34,089 bases of DNA from an uncultured Ignavibacteria bacterium (GTDB lineage: Bacteria > Zixibacteria > MSB-5A5 > SM1-73): positions 1 through 34,089 of the forward strand of contig CAYMNI010000002.1 of the NCBI GenBank assembly GCA_964391755.1. Direction: 5' to 3'. Each line of letters opens with the position of its first letter. Position 1 is the stretch's first letter. A program made the translations under genes and the position numbers. The notes under the pieces are model-generated. The model had not been told where the DNA came from, did not search any database, and saw only the letters and a program-made list of their open reading frames with translations. This document shows, one piece after another, positions 7,370 through 16,056 of this stretch.

Positions 7370-9844
7370 ATGAACATGACGGACGATCTTAAATTCGAGG
7401 AACTCCCCGTAGAGCAGCTTCGTTGGCGCTGCCCGGTGGACAAGCTGGGAATGAAAACCACCGACGACGTCGAGCCATGTGATTGGATCATCGGGCAGGA
7501 TCGCGCGGTCAAGGCCATAAAGCTGGGGCTGGACATCAAAAGCGTGGGCTACAACATCTTCGTGGCCGGTTTCGTGGGAACCGGCAGGATGACCACCATC
7601 AAGCATCTTCTGGAAAAGTTGGAAACCCGGGGAAACATTCCGGACGACAAATGCTACGTCAACAACTTCAAAAACCCGGACATGCCCAGGGTGATAAGCC
7701 TGCCCGCGGGAAAAGGGAGGCTTTTTGCAAAAGACATGGAGAACCTGATCAGCTCCTTAAAGAAGAACATCCCCTCGGTGTTCGAAAGCGAGGCTTACAA
7801 GGAGAAGCGAAGAGAGTTGGTCAAGGAATCCGAAGACGGGCAAAAGGCTATTTTGGAGGAGTTCGATAAACAGGTGAAAAAGGAAGGCTTCGCCTTGGTC
7901 CAGATCCAGATGGGTCCTTATGTCAAGCCGGACGTTCAGCCGGTAATCGAAGGCAAGCCCACGCCGTTAGCTAAGCTGGCCAAGCAGGTCCGGGACGGCA
8001 ATTTTCCCAAGGAGAAACTCGATAACCTGCAGACCCGGTACGAGGCTTTGGCCAGCCTGATGGAGGACGTCTTCAAGGAGGGCAAGGAAATCGTAAAGGA
8101 ACTGGAGAAGGCTCTGGCGGCTTTGGACCGGGAGGTGATCGTTCCCCTGATAAAGGAGATGATCAAGGACGTAAAAGCCAAGTACGACAACGAAAAGATC
8201 CAGACCTATCTGGACGAGTTGGGAGAAAGTCTAATCGATAACCTGGACCGGTTCAAGCCGACGAAGGACAAGACGCCGGACATGCCGTTTCCCGGCCTTC
8301 CGTTTCTCAAGCCCGAAGACGAATTCCTGGAATACCGGGTGAACGTGGTGGTGGACAACTCGGAGGCCAAGACTGTCCCCATCATAGTCGAGACCAATCC
8401 CACCTACAAGAACCTGTTTGGAACTATCGAGCGAGTGGCGGATCGAGCCGGCATGTGGAGAACCGATTTCACCAGAATCAAAGCGGGCTCATATCTTAAG
8501 GCCAACGGGGGATACCTGGTGGTCAACGCGCTGGACCTGTTGATCGAACCGGGATCGTGGCAAGCCCTCAAGAAGGCCTTAAAATACGGGGAGGTGGAGA
8601 TCGGTGCTTATGATCCTTTCTACCTTCTGGGAACCTCGGCCATGAAGCCGGAGCCCATCGAAATCAAGGTGGACGTAGTCATTATCGGAACCGATTACCT
8701 CTACCATCTGCTCTATCATCTGGACGATGATTTCAGGAAGATCTTCAAGGTGAAGGCCGATTTCGACTCGGTTATGCCTGTGGACGAGCAGAACGTCCAT
8801 CAGTATGCCTGCTTCATAAAGAGAATCTGTGAGGAGGACAAACTTCTACCCTTCGACAGAAGCGGTGTGGGGGGGGTGGTCGAATTCGGGGTGAGGGTGG
8901 CGGGCAGTCAAAAGAAGCTCACCACACGTTTCACCGTCATCGCAGACTTAATCCGTGAGGCAAGCTATTGGGCATCCAATGCCAAAAGCAGGGTGGTCAT
9001 GCAGCAGCACGTAGAGAAGGCCATCCAGGAATGGATTCATCGGGTGAACCGGGTGGAAGACAAGATTCAGGAGATGATCGAGGACGGCACCATCATGATA
9101 GACTCCCAGGGAAAGGTTGTCGGACAAATAAACGGCCTTTCGGTTTACGATATGGGCGAGTATGCTTTTGGCAAACCCACCCGAATCACGGCCAGAACCT
9201 CCATGGGAAGAGCCGGGGTGATCAACATCGAGAGGGAGGCGGATCTCTCCGGGCGCACACACAACAAGGGGGTGCTGATTCTGGGCGGATACCTGCGGGG
9301 CAAGTACGCCCAAGACAAGCCCCTGTCCATGAGCGCCAGCATAGCCTTCGAGCAGTCCTACTCCGGGGTGGAGGGCGACAGCGCCTCATCCACGGAGGTC
9401 TACGCCATCCTCTCCAGCCTTTCCGGTCTGCCCTTGAGGCAGGACGTAGCGGTAACAGGTTCGGTCAACCAAAAGGGAGAGATTCAGCCCATCGGCGGGG
9501 TCAACGAGAAGATCGAAGGCTTCTATCACGTCTGCGAAGCGCAGGGTCTGACCGGCACACAAGGAGTGATCATTCCTCATCAGAACGTGAAGGATCTGAT
9601 GCTGAAAAACGAAGTGGTGGATGCGGTCAAACAGGGCAAGTTCCACATCTATCCCATCCAGGCCATAGATCAGGGGATCGAGATTCTCACCGGGGTGAAG
9701 GCGGGAGAAAAAAAGCCGGACGGAACTTACCAAGAGGGCTCCGTCAATTTTCTGGTGGACAAGCAACTGAAGCAGTATGCAGAGAATCTGAAAGCCTTTG
9801 GCGCAACAGAAGAAGCCAAGAAGGAGGAAAAGGGGAAGTCATAA
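7370..9844 (+). CDS. LonC-type Lon-like protease (degenerate AAA-like domain, long helical insertion, S16 protease domain)
   Basis: About 824 aa. The C-terminal S16 domain has GDSAS (catalytic Ser) and GGVNEKIEG (catalytic Lys). The P-loop position reads GFVGTGRMT rather than GxxxxGK[ST]. A Lys/Glu-rich helical insertion of about 170 aa follows it. The start is ambiguous (GTG 7367, ATG 7370, ATG 7376), with AGGAG at 7361-7365. Confidence 0.8.
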   Translation: MNMTDDLKFEELPVEQLRWRCPVDKLGMKTTDDVEPCDWIIGQDRAVKAIKLGLDIKSVGYNIFVAGFVGTGRMTTIKHLLEKLETRGNIPDDKCYVNNFKNPDMPRVISLPAGKGRLFAKDMENLISSLKKNIPSVFESEAYKEKRRELVKESEDGQKAILEEFDKQVKKEGFALVQIQMGPYVKPDVQPVIEGKPTPLAKLAKQVRDGNFPKEKLDNLQTRYEALASLMEDVFKEGKEIVKELEKALAALDREVIVPLIKEMIKDVKAKYDNEKIQTYLDELGESLIDNLDRFKPTKDKTPDMPFPGLPFLKPEDEFLEYRVNVVVDNSEAKTVPIIVETNPTYKNLFGTIERVADRAGMWRTDFTRIKAGSYLKANGGYLVVNALDLLIEPGSWQALKKALKYGEVEIGAYDPFYLLGTSAMKPEPIEIKVDVVIIGTDYLYHLLYHLDDDFRKIFKVKADFDSVMPVDEQNVHQYACFIKRICEEDKLLPFDRSGVGGVVEFGVRVAGSQKKLTTRFTVIADLIREASYWASNAKSRVVMQQHVEKAIQEWIHRVNRVEDKIQEMIEDGTIMIDSQGKVVGQINGLSVYDMGEYAFGKPTRITARTSMGRAGVINIEREADLSGRTHNKGVLILGGYLRGKYAQDKPLSMSASIAFEQSYSGVEGDSASSTEVYAILSSLSGLPLRQDVAVTGSVNQKGEIQPIGGVNEKIEGFYHVCEAQGLTGTQGVIIPHQNVKDLMLKNEVVDAVKQGKFHIYPIQAIDQGIEILTGVKAGEKKPDGTYQEGSVNFLVDKQLKQYAENLKAFGATEEAKKEEKGKS

Positions 9845-9885
9845 ACGGCAGAAGTTCGTAGCGTCGCAGGCGGAGTAAGGATCAA

Positions 9886-10215
9886 GGGAGAGGTTGACAA
9901 AGGCCGCTCATTCACCCTCCCTTTAATTCCCTCCCATCGAGGGAGGGAAGAGCCCCCCGCCTTCCCCTTGGTGGGAGAAGTTGATGCGGACTGTAGGTCG
10001 GGCTGCTGGGTAGTGGGCTGACACAGACGGTGGAAGTAAACAGGGAAAGTGGGAGAGGGTGACAAAAGATCACTCTTTCACCCTCCCTTTAATTCCCTCC
10101 CATCAAGGGAGGGAAGAGTTCAACACCTCCCCCTTGGTGGGAGAAGTTGATACAGATTGAAGGTCGGGCTGCCGTGTAGAGGTCTGACACAGACTGTGGA
10201 AAAACCAGGGAGAAG
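9886..10215. repeat. Two tandem copies of a 165-166-bp non-coding element
   Basis: Copy 1 starts at 9886 (GGGAGAGGTTGACAAAGG) and copy 2 at 10051 (GGGAGAGGGTGACAAAAG). A 42-nt core, TTCACCCTCCCTTTAATTCCCTCCCATC(G/A)AGGGAGGGAAGAG, occurs at 9911-9952 and 10077-10118. Further shared blocks are CCCCTTGGTGGGAGAAGTTGAT, AGGTCGGGCTGC and CTGACACAGAC. Confidence 0.85.
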
Positions 10216-10230
10216 AAGGTAGGCAGAATT

Positions 10231-10301
10231 TCAACCCTTGAACCCTTGAATCCTTGAACCCTTGAACTCTTGAACCCTTGAACCTTTGAATCCTTGAACC
10301 T
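10231..10301. repeat. 8-bp microsatellite, TTGAACCC consensus, 8 full units plus a degenerate leading unit
   Basis: Read directly: ttgaaccc ttgaatcc ttgaaccc ttgaactc ttgaaccc ttgaacct ttgaatcc ttgaacct (10238-10301). It ends 18 nt before the ATG at 10320. The period is not a multiple of 3. Confidence 0.9.
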
Positions 10302-10319
10302 CCAAAAGCGAGGTTGGCC

Positions 10320-11390
10320 ATGAAATGGTCTTTACAAATCGGCAAGCTCTTCGGGATACCCATCAGGGTACACGTCACCTTCCTTTTGCTTCTTCTGTTC
10401 ATCGCCTTCGCAGGATCAAAACAAGCCGGGCAGGCCGGCGCGGTCTTCGGAACCATATCCATCGTCCTGATCTTTCTCTGCGTGGTGCTGCATGAGATGG
10501 GCCACAGCCTGGTGGCCATTCACTATGGTGTCGAGGTCAAGGACATCGTCCTGCTTCCCATCGGCGGTGTATCCCGGATGGAGGACATCCCGGAGGATCC
10601 CAAGAAGGAGATCGCCATCTCCTTAATCGGCCCCTTAATCAGCCTGGGCCTGGCCCTGATCTTTTTTTTCGCCGCCGGAGCCGCGGGGCAGGGAACGAGC
10701 TTCAGGCAATTTTCGGTTTTTCAGGGGAATGTAATAACCACCCTCTTCTGGATAAACCTTATCCTGGGCTTGTTCAACTTAGTCCCGGCCTTTCCCATGG
10801 ACGGGGGAAGGGTGTTGAGAGGTCTTCTGGCCATAAGCATGGATGGTCTGAGGGCCACCAAGATAGCGGTAAGCGTGGGGCAGGGCTTCGCCATTCTTCT
10901 TTTCTTCTTCGGCATATTCTTCAACTGGTGGCTGGCCCTGATAGCCATATTCATCTATCTGGGAGCAGAGGGAGAGGAAAGGATGGTGGTGCTCAAGACC
11001 TCTTTGGGCAAATCCTCAGTCAGGGTGGCCATGATCACCGAGGTGCACACCGTCTCTCCGGACCAGACAGTGGGAGAGGTGCTGGAGAATATCTGCCACG
11101 GCTTTCAGCAGGATTTTCCGGTGTTGGAGAATGGCGAGCTGGTGGGTATTTTAACCAAGGAGGACATCTTTTCGGCGCTGCACAAACATGAGAAGTCGGC
11201 CCTGGTGCGGGACGTGATGCAGAGGGATTTCATCACCACCACCGAGGATGCGCCCCTATCCGAGATATTCAAGAAGATGACCACCCGGAGGTTGTCGGTG
11301 ATACCGGTGATGAGGGGCAGGAAGCTGCGGGGGCTAATCAACTTGGAGCAGATAGGCAAGTATCACATGATCTGCCAGGAGGGAAAGTGA
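10320..11390 (+). CDS. Site-2 protease family (M50B) metalloprotease with C-terminal CBS domain pair
   Basis: It has HEMGH in a TM helix, NLVPAFPMDGGRV, and a C-terminal CBS-like pair (VAMITEVHTVSPDQTV...VGILTKEDI and VMQRDFITTTEDAPL...RGLINLEQI). I prefer ATG 10320 over TTG 10314. Confidence 0.85.
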   Translation: MKWSLQIGKLFGIPIRVHVTFLLLLLFIAFAGSKQAGQAGAVFGTISIVLIFLCVVLHEMGHSLVAIHYGVEVKDIVLLPIGGVSRMEDIPEDPKKEIAISLIGPLISLGLALIFFFAAGAAGQGTSFRQFSVFQGNVITTLFWINLILGLFNLVPAFPMDGGRVLRGLLAISMDGLRATKIAVSVGQGFAILLFFFGIFFNWWLALIAIFIYLGAEGEERMVVLKTSLGKSSVRVAMITEVHTVSPDQTVGEVLENICHGFQQDFPVLENGELVGILTKEDIFSALHKHEKSALVRDVMQRDFITTTEDAPLSEIFKKMTTRRLSVIPVMRGRKLRGLINLEQIGKYHMICQEGK

Positions 11391-11420
11391 TCGCGGCCCG
11401 GTTGGGGTGAGCAGAGTAAT

Positions 11421-12062
11421 ATGCAAGAATTTATCATGGAGTTCGGATACTTAGCGCTGTTCTTCGGATCGGTGCTGGAGGGAGAGTCGGTTGTGATCGC
11501 CGCAGGTTTTCTGGCCAGAAGCGGTTACCTGAAGCTTCCGTTGGTCATGCTGATCGGTTTCGCCGGAACCTACCTGGCGGACATGTCCATTTACTTTCTG
11601 GGACGAGCCAAGGGAGAGAGGATCATCGCCAAGTTTCCCATAGCCCGGGCTTATTATCCCAAGGTCAAATCGCTGTTTGCCAGGTACGGGATTTGGGCCA
11701 TCTTCCTGACCCGCTACCTTTACGGTTTCAGGTTGGCCGCAGCCGCCACTCTGGGTCTGACCAAAATGAGAAGAAGCACATATCTCCCTTTTAATCTCCT
11801 CTCCTGCGGCATCTGGGCGGTGCTTTTGGGTAGTCTGGGCTATTTGTTCGGCGCCAGCCTGGAGGCTTTGATAGGACAGATCAAGCAGTACGAAAAATGG
11901 GTGGTTGCCTGCATCATCATCCTGGGATTAAGCGGCTGGCTGATCCGGAGACTGTGGAGCAGACGGCAGCGGACGAACCACGGTCGGATCGAAGAGGAAT
12001 CCAGACTTTCGCATGACGAATCGTCATGGGACGGCGCTTCGTCGGATGGGACCCATTTGTAG
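11421..12062 (+). CDS. DedA-family (SNARE-associated/VTT domain) inner-membrane protein
   Basis: 213 aa. Motifs FGYLALFFGSVLEGESVVIAAGFLA and YGIWAIFLTRYLYGFR are typical of DedA. An alternative ATG lies at 11436. Confidence 0.75.
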   Translation: MQEFIMEFGYLALFFGSVLEGESVVIAAGFLARSGYLKLPLVMLIGFAGTYLADMSIYFLGRAKGERIIAKFPIARAYYPKVKSLFARYGIWAIFLTRYLYGFRLAAAATLGLTKMRRSTYLPFNLLSCGIWAVLLGSLGYLFGASLEALIGQIKQYEKWVVACIIILGLSGWLIRRLWSRRQRTNHGRIEEESRLSHDESSWDGASSDGTHL

Positions 12063-12133
12063 AAACTTCAGATGCCCGGAGATCGTACTTAATACCCGGG
12101 CAAGGATTGCATAACCTAAGCGGGAGGACCGTG

Positions 12134-13177
12134 GTGAGAAAAGGATCGAGAGCCTCTTTTTTCTTCTGTTTTGTTGTCTTCTACGTCTTGACCTTCCTCG
12201 GGTTGTGGGTGGTCAGTTCGGCCTCTGAGGAGTACAGCCGCTCTGCTCAGGGCAATGTGTCGGGCGCCATAGATAAGCTGCGGGTAAATGCTCCCAGCAA
12301 CCTGGGGGGCGCGATAACCATACAGACCGGCGAGGATGAGGTTTGTCAGGTCGATTTCGAATGCTGGGGCCGGGCCAAAAACGGCAAGATGGCCAAGGAG
12401 TTTACCGAGCTGGTGGAGATGCAGTTGGACTTGACCGAACAGGTGGTGACTCTCAGGCTCACCACGCCCCGTAATGCTCCCTGGGAGGGAACGGACTATG
12501 CCATCAAAGCCACCCTGAACATCTATGTTCCTCCCGACATTGAAGTGGAGGTCAAGACCAGGTATTTCGATTCGGATATCAACGGACCTTTAAGGCGGGT
12601 GCTGGTGGAGAACGACTTCGGAGATATCACCGTGGTGGACGTCTCCGAGGAGACCGTCATCAGCGGAACTTACAACAAGGTGATGGTGGAAGATCTGCGG
12701 GGCAAGGTGGACATCGAGACCAGCGCCAACTCCATCCGGGCGGAAAACATCGACACTGAAGGCCGGGAGGCTTCTTTCGAAACCAGCTATGCGGAGATCG
12801 AGGTAGATGGTTTCAGCGGACAGCTGCGCGCAGCAACCTCCTATGCCCCGGTTCACCTTTTCGGCCTGAATTTGATCGACGGAAGAAACGAAATCGCTAC
12901 CGTCCATTCCAAGATCGACCTGGAGCTTGAAAGCCTGGAGGATTCCAGGCTCTATGTAACCAATACCTTCGGCAATATCAACCTTCAGGCTCCCGAAGAC
13001 CTATCCGCCAGGCTCATATTCTCTGTGGGGGGCGGGGGAAAGATAGAAACCAACCGGATTTTGATCAGGCCGCAGGTTCTGCAGAATACCAGGCTGGAGG
13101 GAATCTGCGGGGATGGAGATTCCGAGATAGAGCTGGAAGTGGACGGCATCGGGAGAATCCTATTGGAAGGAAGATGA
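12134..13177 (+). CDS. DUF4097-type (LiaG-like) beta-repeat protein with N-terminal membrane anchor
   Basis: It has a hydrophobic anchor (FFFCFVVFYVLTFLGLWVV) followed by repeated short beta-strand units (GDITVVDVSEETVISGTYNKVMVEDLRGKVDIETSANSIRAENI). I prefer the GTG start at 12134 (or 12131) after GGGAGGA at 12122-12128. This removes the overlap with the DedA gene implied by the track start at 12026. Confidence 0.6.
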   Translation: MRKGSRASFFFCFVVFYVLTFLGLWVVSSASEEYSRSAQGNVSGAIDKLRVNAPSNLGGAITIQTGEDEVCQVDFECWGRAKNGKMAKEFTELVEMQLDLTEQVVTLRLTTPRNAPWEGTDYAIKATLNIYVPPDIEVEVKTRYFDSDINGPLRRVLVENDFGDITVVDVSEETVISGTYNKVMVEDLRGKVDIETSANSIRAENIDTEGREASFETSYAEIEVDGFSGQLRAATSYAPVHLFGLNLIDGRNEIATVHSKIDLELESLEDSRLYVTNTFGNINLQAPEDLSARLIFSVGGGGKIETNRILIRPQVLQNTRLEGICGDGDSEIELEVDGIGRILLEGR

Positions 13178-13467
13178 AATCTGCCATGCCGGCCCATGTA
13201 TAACCCGTTATATTCGGGGGAGCGGGATGGGGGGGATAGGTCACCACACGAAAACCGCCCATGTCGGGAGCATCGATCATGAGCATATACGAACACCCCT
13301 GGGACGGCGAATTGGTCTGTTGATGCTCCGGACCGGCTGTTCTGCTGCACGCTCTGTGGGATACTGGCCGGTCGAGAAAAAACCGTCCATCTCCGGGTTT
13401 AGGTTTAAATTGGTTCTCAGATTCGGTTTTCAGTACGGTTAAACCTCAGTCGAAGGGGAGATTGAAG

Positions 13468-15930
13468 ATGAGAAGGTTTGTCCTTTTTATGGTCGTGGCT
13501 GCACTCCTGTGGTGCGGCTCTTTGGGTTATTGTTATCAATCGCCCACCGAGAGCTCGATTCTTCCATACGCCTCCGTGGCTACCGCAGATGACCTCTCCG
13601 CGGTGAAGTTCAATCCCGCGGGATTAGGCTTAAGGCGAGGCTTCCAAACCGGGTTCTTTCACGCGTTCTCCGACTCCAGCTTTGAGGGAGATAACGGTTG
13701 GCTAATCTCCACAGGTGGTTTGGGTTTTTCGGTGGAGTGGCTGGGCAACGTCACGCCCCAGACCTATCGAAAACTCACCTTGGCCCAGGGAGGGGAACTT
13801 GCACCCGGGCTGTGGTGGGGCACCAGCTATAGCTGGTTCAGCTCCAGGCACAAAGATTATGACGACCTCTCCTCCTGGAAGCTGGGGCTTTTAGCCCGGC
13901 CTCTGAAGTTCTTTTCCTTGGGTTTCGTGGCCAAAGACGTCAATCGTCCCAAGTTCATCGGCGAAAGGACCGAAGCCTCTTTCGATTTGGGATTGGCCGT
14001 AAGACCCTTGGGCGGCTACTACACGGATAGGCTAACCCTCTCGGTGGACGCCTCTTTGAGTCAGAAGGAGAGGCTGGAGGATGCCGGCACCCGGTTCAGA
14101 GTCGAAACCGAGCTGCTGGACGGCCTGGTCCTCTGCAGCGATATCGACAACCACGGAAACTTCGGGATCGGCGGCAGGATCAACCTGCCTCACCTGGGAG
14201 CCGGCACCTACAATACCATCAACCAGGACTATGAATTCGATCAAGGGGTGATTTACGCCTCCTTCTCCAAGGACAGATATCGCACGCTGCTGGAGACGAG
14301 GGACAACATCCTGGAAGTCAGGCTCTCCGGCCGGATCGTGGAGGAGAACAGCAGGGTGGGGCTGTTCGGAAAAAAGAAGCCCACCGTCATGGATCTGGTC
14401 ACGGACATCAAGAGGGCCAAGGACGATAAGACCATCCGGGGGATGCTGTTGCGCATTGACAATTTTGACATGGGTTTTGCCAAAACCCAGGAGATCAGAG
14501 AGGCGATTCTGGATTTCAGAAGCGGGGGAAAGAGGGTGGTGGCCTACATGGAGTATGGCGGGAACAAGGAATATTATCTGGCCTCGGCCGCAGATGAAAT
14601 CGTCCTGATGCCCACGGGATATATTGTGTTGACCGGGATTGCGGCGCAAGTCACCTTCATCAAGGGCACTCTGGACAAGCTGGGGGTGGCGGCGGACTTG
14701 GAGCACATGGGCGATTACAAAAGCGCCTCCGATCTTGTAACCCGGGAGAACATGTCTCCGGCGCACCGGGAGGTGATCAACTCCATATTGGACGATTTGT
14801 ACGATCAGATGACCGCAGGAATCGCCCAGGGACGGGGATGGACCCAGGAGAAGACGAAATCCGTCGTCGACCAGGGACCCTTTACCTCCCGGGAGGCGTT
14901 GCGGGCCGGGTTGGTGGACACCCTCTTGTTCTACGACCAGACGGAGAAGCTGCCGGCTGGGGAGCAAACCCCGACCGGTGACTTTTGGACCCGGCGTTTC
15001 ACCGACGGCAGGGAGCCGAAAATCAGCCTGGAAGATTACCATAAACAGCGCAACTACCGTTACAGTTGGTCCATTCCACCGAAAATAGCCGTGGTCTTCG
15101 CCACGGGGACCATCCTCTCCGGTAAGAGCGGCAGCAATTTCATCATGGGCGACGTCATGGGATCCGAAACCATCGCCCGGGCCATCAAAACCGCCAGGGA
15201 GGACAAGAGGGTGAAGGCCATCGTCTTCCGGGTAGACAGTCCGGGAGGGGAGGGGATCGCCTCGGACGTGATATGGCGGGAAATTACAAGAACCAAGGGC
15301 ATAAAACCCTTCATCGTCTCCATGTCCGACGTGGCCGGATCGGGGGGATATTGGATCTCCTGCGCCGCAGACACCATCGTCTCCCTGCCCGGAACCTACA
15401 CTGGCTCCATCGGAGTGATAACCGGCAAACTCAGCCTGGAGGGTCTGTACGAGAAAATCGGCTTTGACATCGAGACGGTCAAAAGAGGCCGGCATGCCGA
15501 TTTCTACAGCACCACGCGCCAGTTCGACGACCAGGAGCGGGAGGTGGTGCGAAGACAGGTTCAGGAGTTCTACTCCGATTTCGTGCAGAAGGTGGCGGAT
15601 GAAAGAGGCATGTCCTACGACGATGCCCATGCCGTGGCCCAGGGAAGGGTATGGACCGGAAAGCAGGCCCAAGAAAGAGGGCTGGTGGATCTGTTGGGGG
15701 GACTGGATTTGGCGTTGGCCATAGCCAAAGAGAAAGCCGGCCTGGCCGAAGATGAGGAAGTCCAGATCGTTACCTATCCCAAGCGGAGACTGACCTTTGA
15801 TTTAGGCGGTGGAATCGTTGGTACCTCTTCTACCGATCTTAGGTCAATTGTAGAGGAATTGATGTGCAGAGGCCTGTTTGAGGAGAATCAGGTGCTTCTT
15901 CTCATGCCTTACACAATTGACGTCAAATGA
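13468..15930 (+). CDS. sppA: Signal peptide peptidase SppA, 67K type (tandem S49 domains), with an extra N-terminal domain of about 270 aa
   Basis: The catalytic-Ser region MSDVAGSGGYWISCAADTIVSLPGTYTGSIGV matches the SppA signature. A first S49-like half is also present (VVAYMEYGGNKEYYLASAADEIVLMPTGYIVLTGI). ATG 13468 follows AAGGGGAG. A signal peptide is present. Confidence 0.85.
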   Translation: MRRFVLFMVVAALLWCGSLGYCYQSPTESSILPYASVATADDLSAVKFNPAGLGLRRGFQTGFFHAFSDSSFEGDNGWLISTGGLGFSVEWLGNVTPQTYRKLTLAQGGELAPGLWWGTSYSWFSSRHKDYDDLSSWKLGLLARPLKFFSLGFVAKDVNRPKFIGERTEASFDLGLAVRPLGGYYTDRLTLSVDASLSQKERLEDAGTRFRVETELLDGLVLCSDIDNHGNFGIGGRINLPHLGAGTYNTINQDYEFDQGVIYASFSKDRYRTLLETRDNILEVRLSGRIVEENSRVGLFGKKKPTVMDLVTDIKRAKDDKTIRGMLLRIDNFDMGFAKTQEIREAILDFRSGGKRVVAYMEYGGNKEYYLASAADEIVLMPTGYIVLTGIAAQVTFIKGTLDKLGVAADLEHMGDYKSASDLVTRENMSPAHREVINSILDDLYDQMTAGIAQGRGWTQEKTKSVVDQGPFTSREALRAGLVDTLLFYDQTEKLPAGEQTPTGDFWTRRFTDGREPKISLEDYHKQRNYRYSWSIPPKIAVVFATGTILSGKSGSNFIMGDVMGSETIARAIKTAREDKRVKAIVFRVDSPGGEGIASDVIWREITRTKGIKPFIVSMSDVAGSGGYWISCAADTIVSLPGTYTGSIGVITGKLSLEGLYEKIGFDIETVKRGRHADFYSTTRQFDDQEREVVRRQVQEFYSDFVQKVADERGMSYDDAHAVAQGRVWTGKQAQERGLVDLLGGLDLALAIAKEKAGLAEDEEVQIVTYPKRRLTFDLGGGIVGTSSTDLRSIVEELMCRGLFEENQVLLLMPYTIDVK

Positions 15931-16056
15931 GGATTGCCAGACCGGCGTTAGACTTTAATCGGACCGCTTAAGGAGGAGAAAAGAGGAGAGAATATAGAAA
16001 ACGTTGTGTACCGGGCCGGTCCAAATCAAGACGTTAACTTCAAAGCGGAGGTTTTC

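Noticed and set aside
9727-10519. Minus-strand ORFs 9727-10065 (112 aa) and 10103-10519 (138 aa) across the repeat-rich intergenic region.
   Set aside because: Their similarity to each other (LQSASTSPTKG... / LQSVSTSPTKG...) comes from the 165-bp DNA duplication. The second also reads through the 8-bp microsatellite (FKGSRVQGFKDSRVQGLK) and into the antisense of the S2P-CBS gene. Neither has an RBS.
14032-15672. 546-aa minus-strand ORF. Similar long ORFs lie at 276-1292(+), 4375-5409(+), 8968-9861(+), 16110-17081(+), 20713-21711(-), 22564-23589(+) and 28042-29160(+).
   Set aside because: All lie antisense to, or out of frame within, genes that have clear family motifs. Their translations are Arg/Gly/His/Pro/Leu-rich with no recognisable motifs. 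This is typical of stop-poor shadow frames in GC-rich coding DNA.
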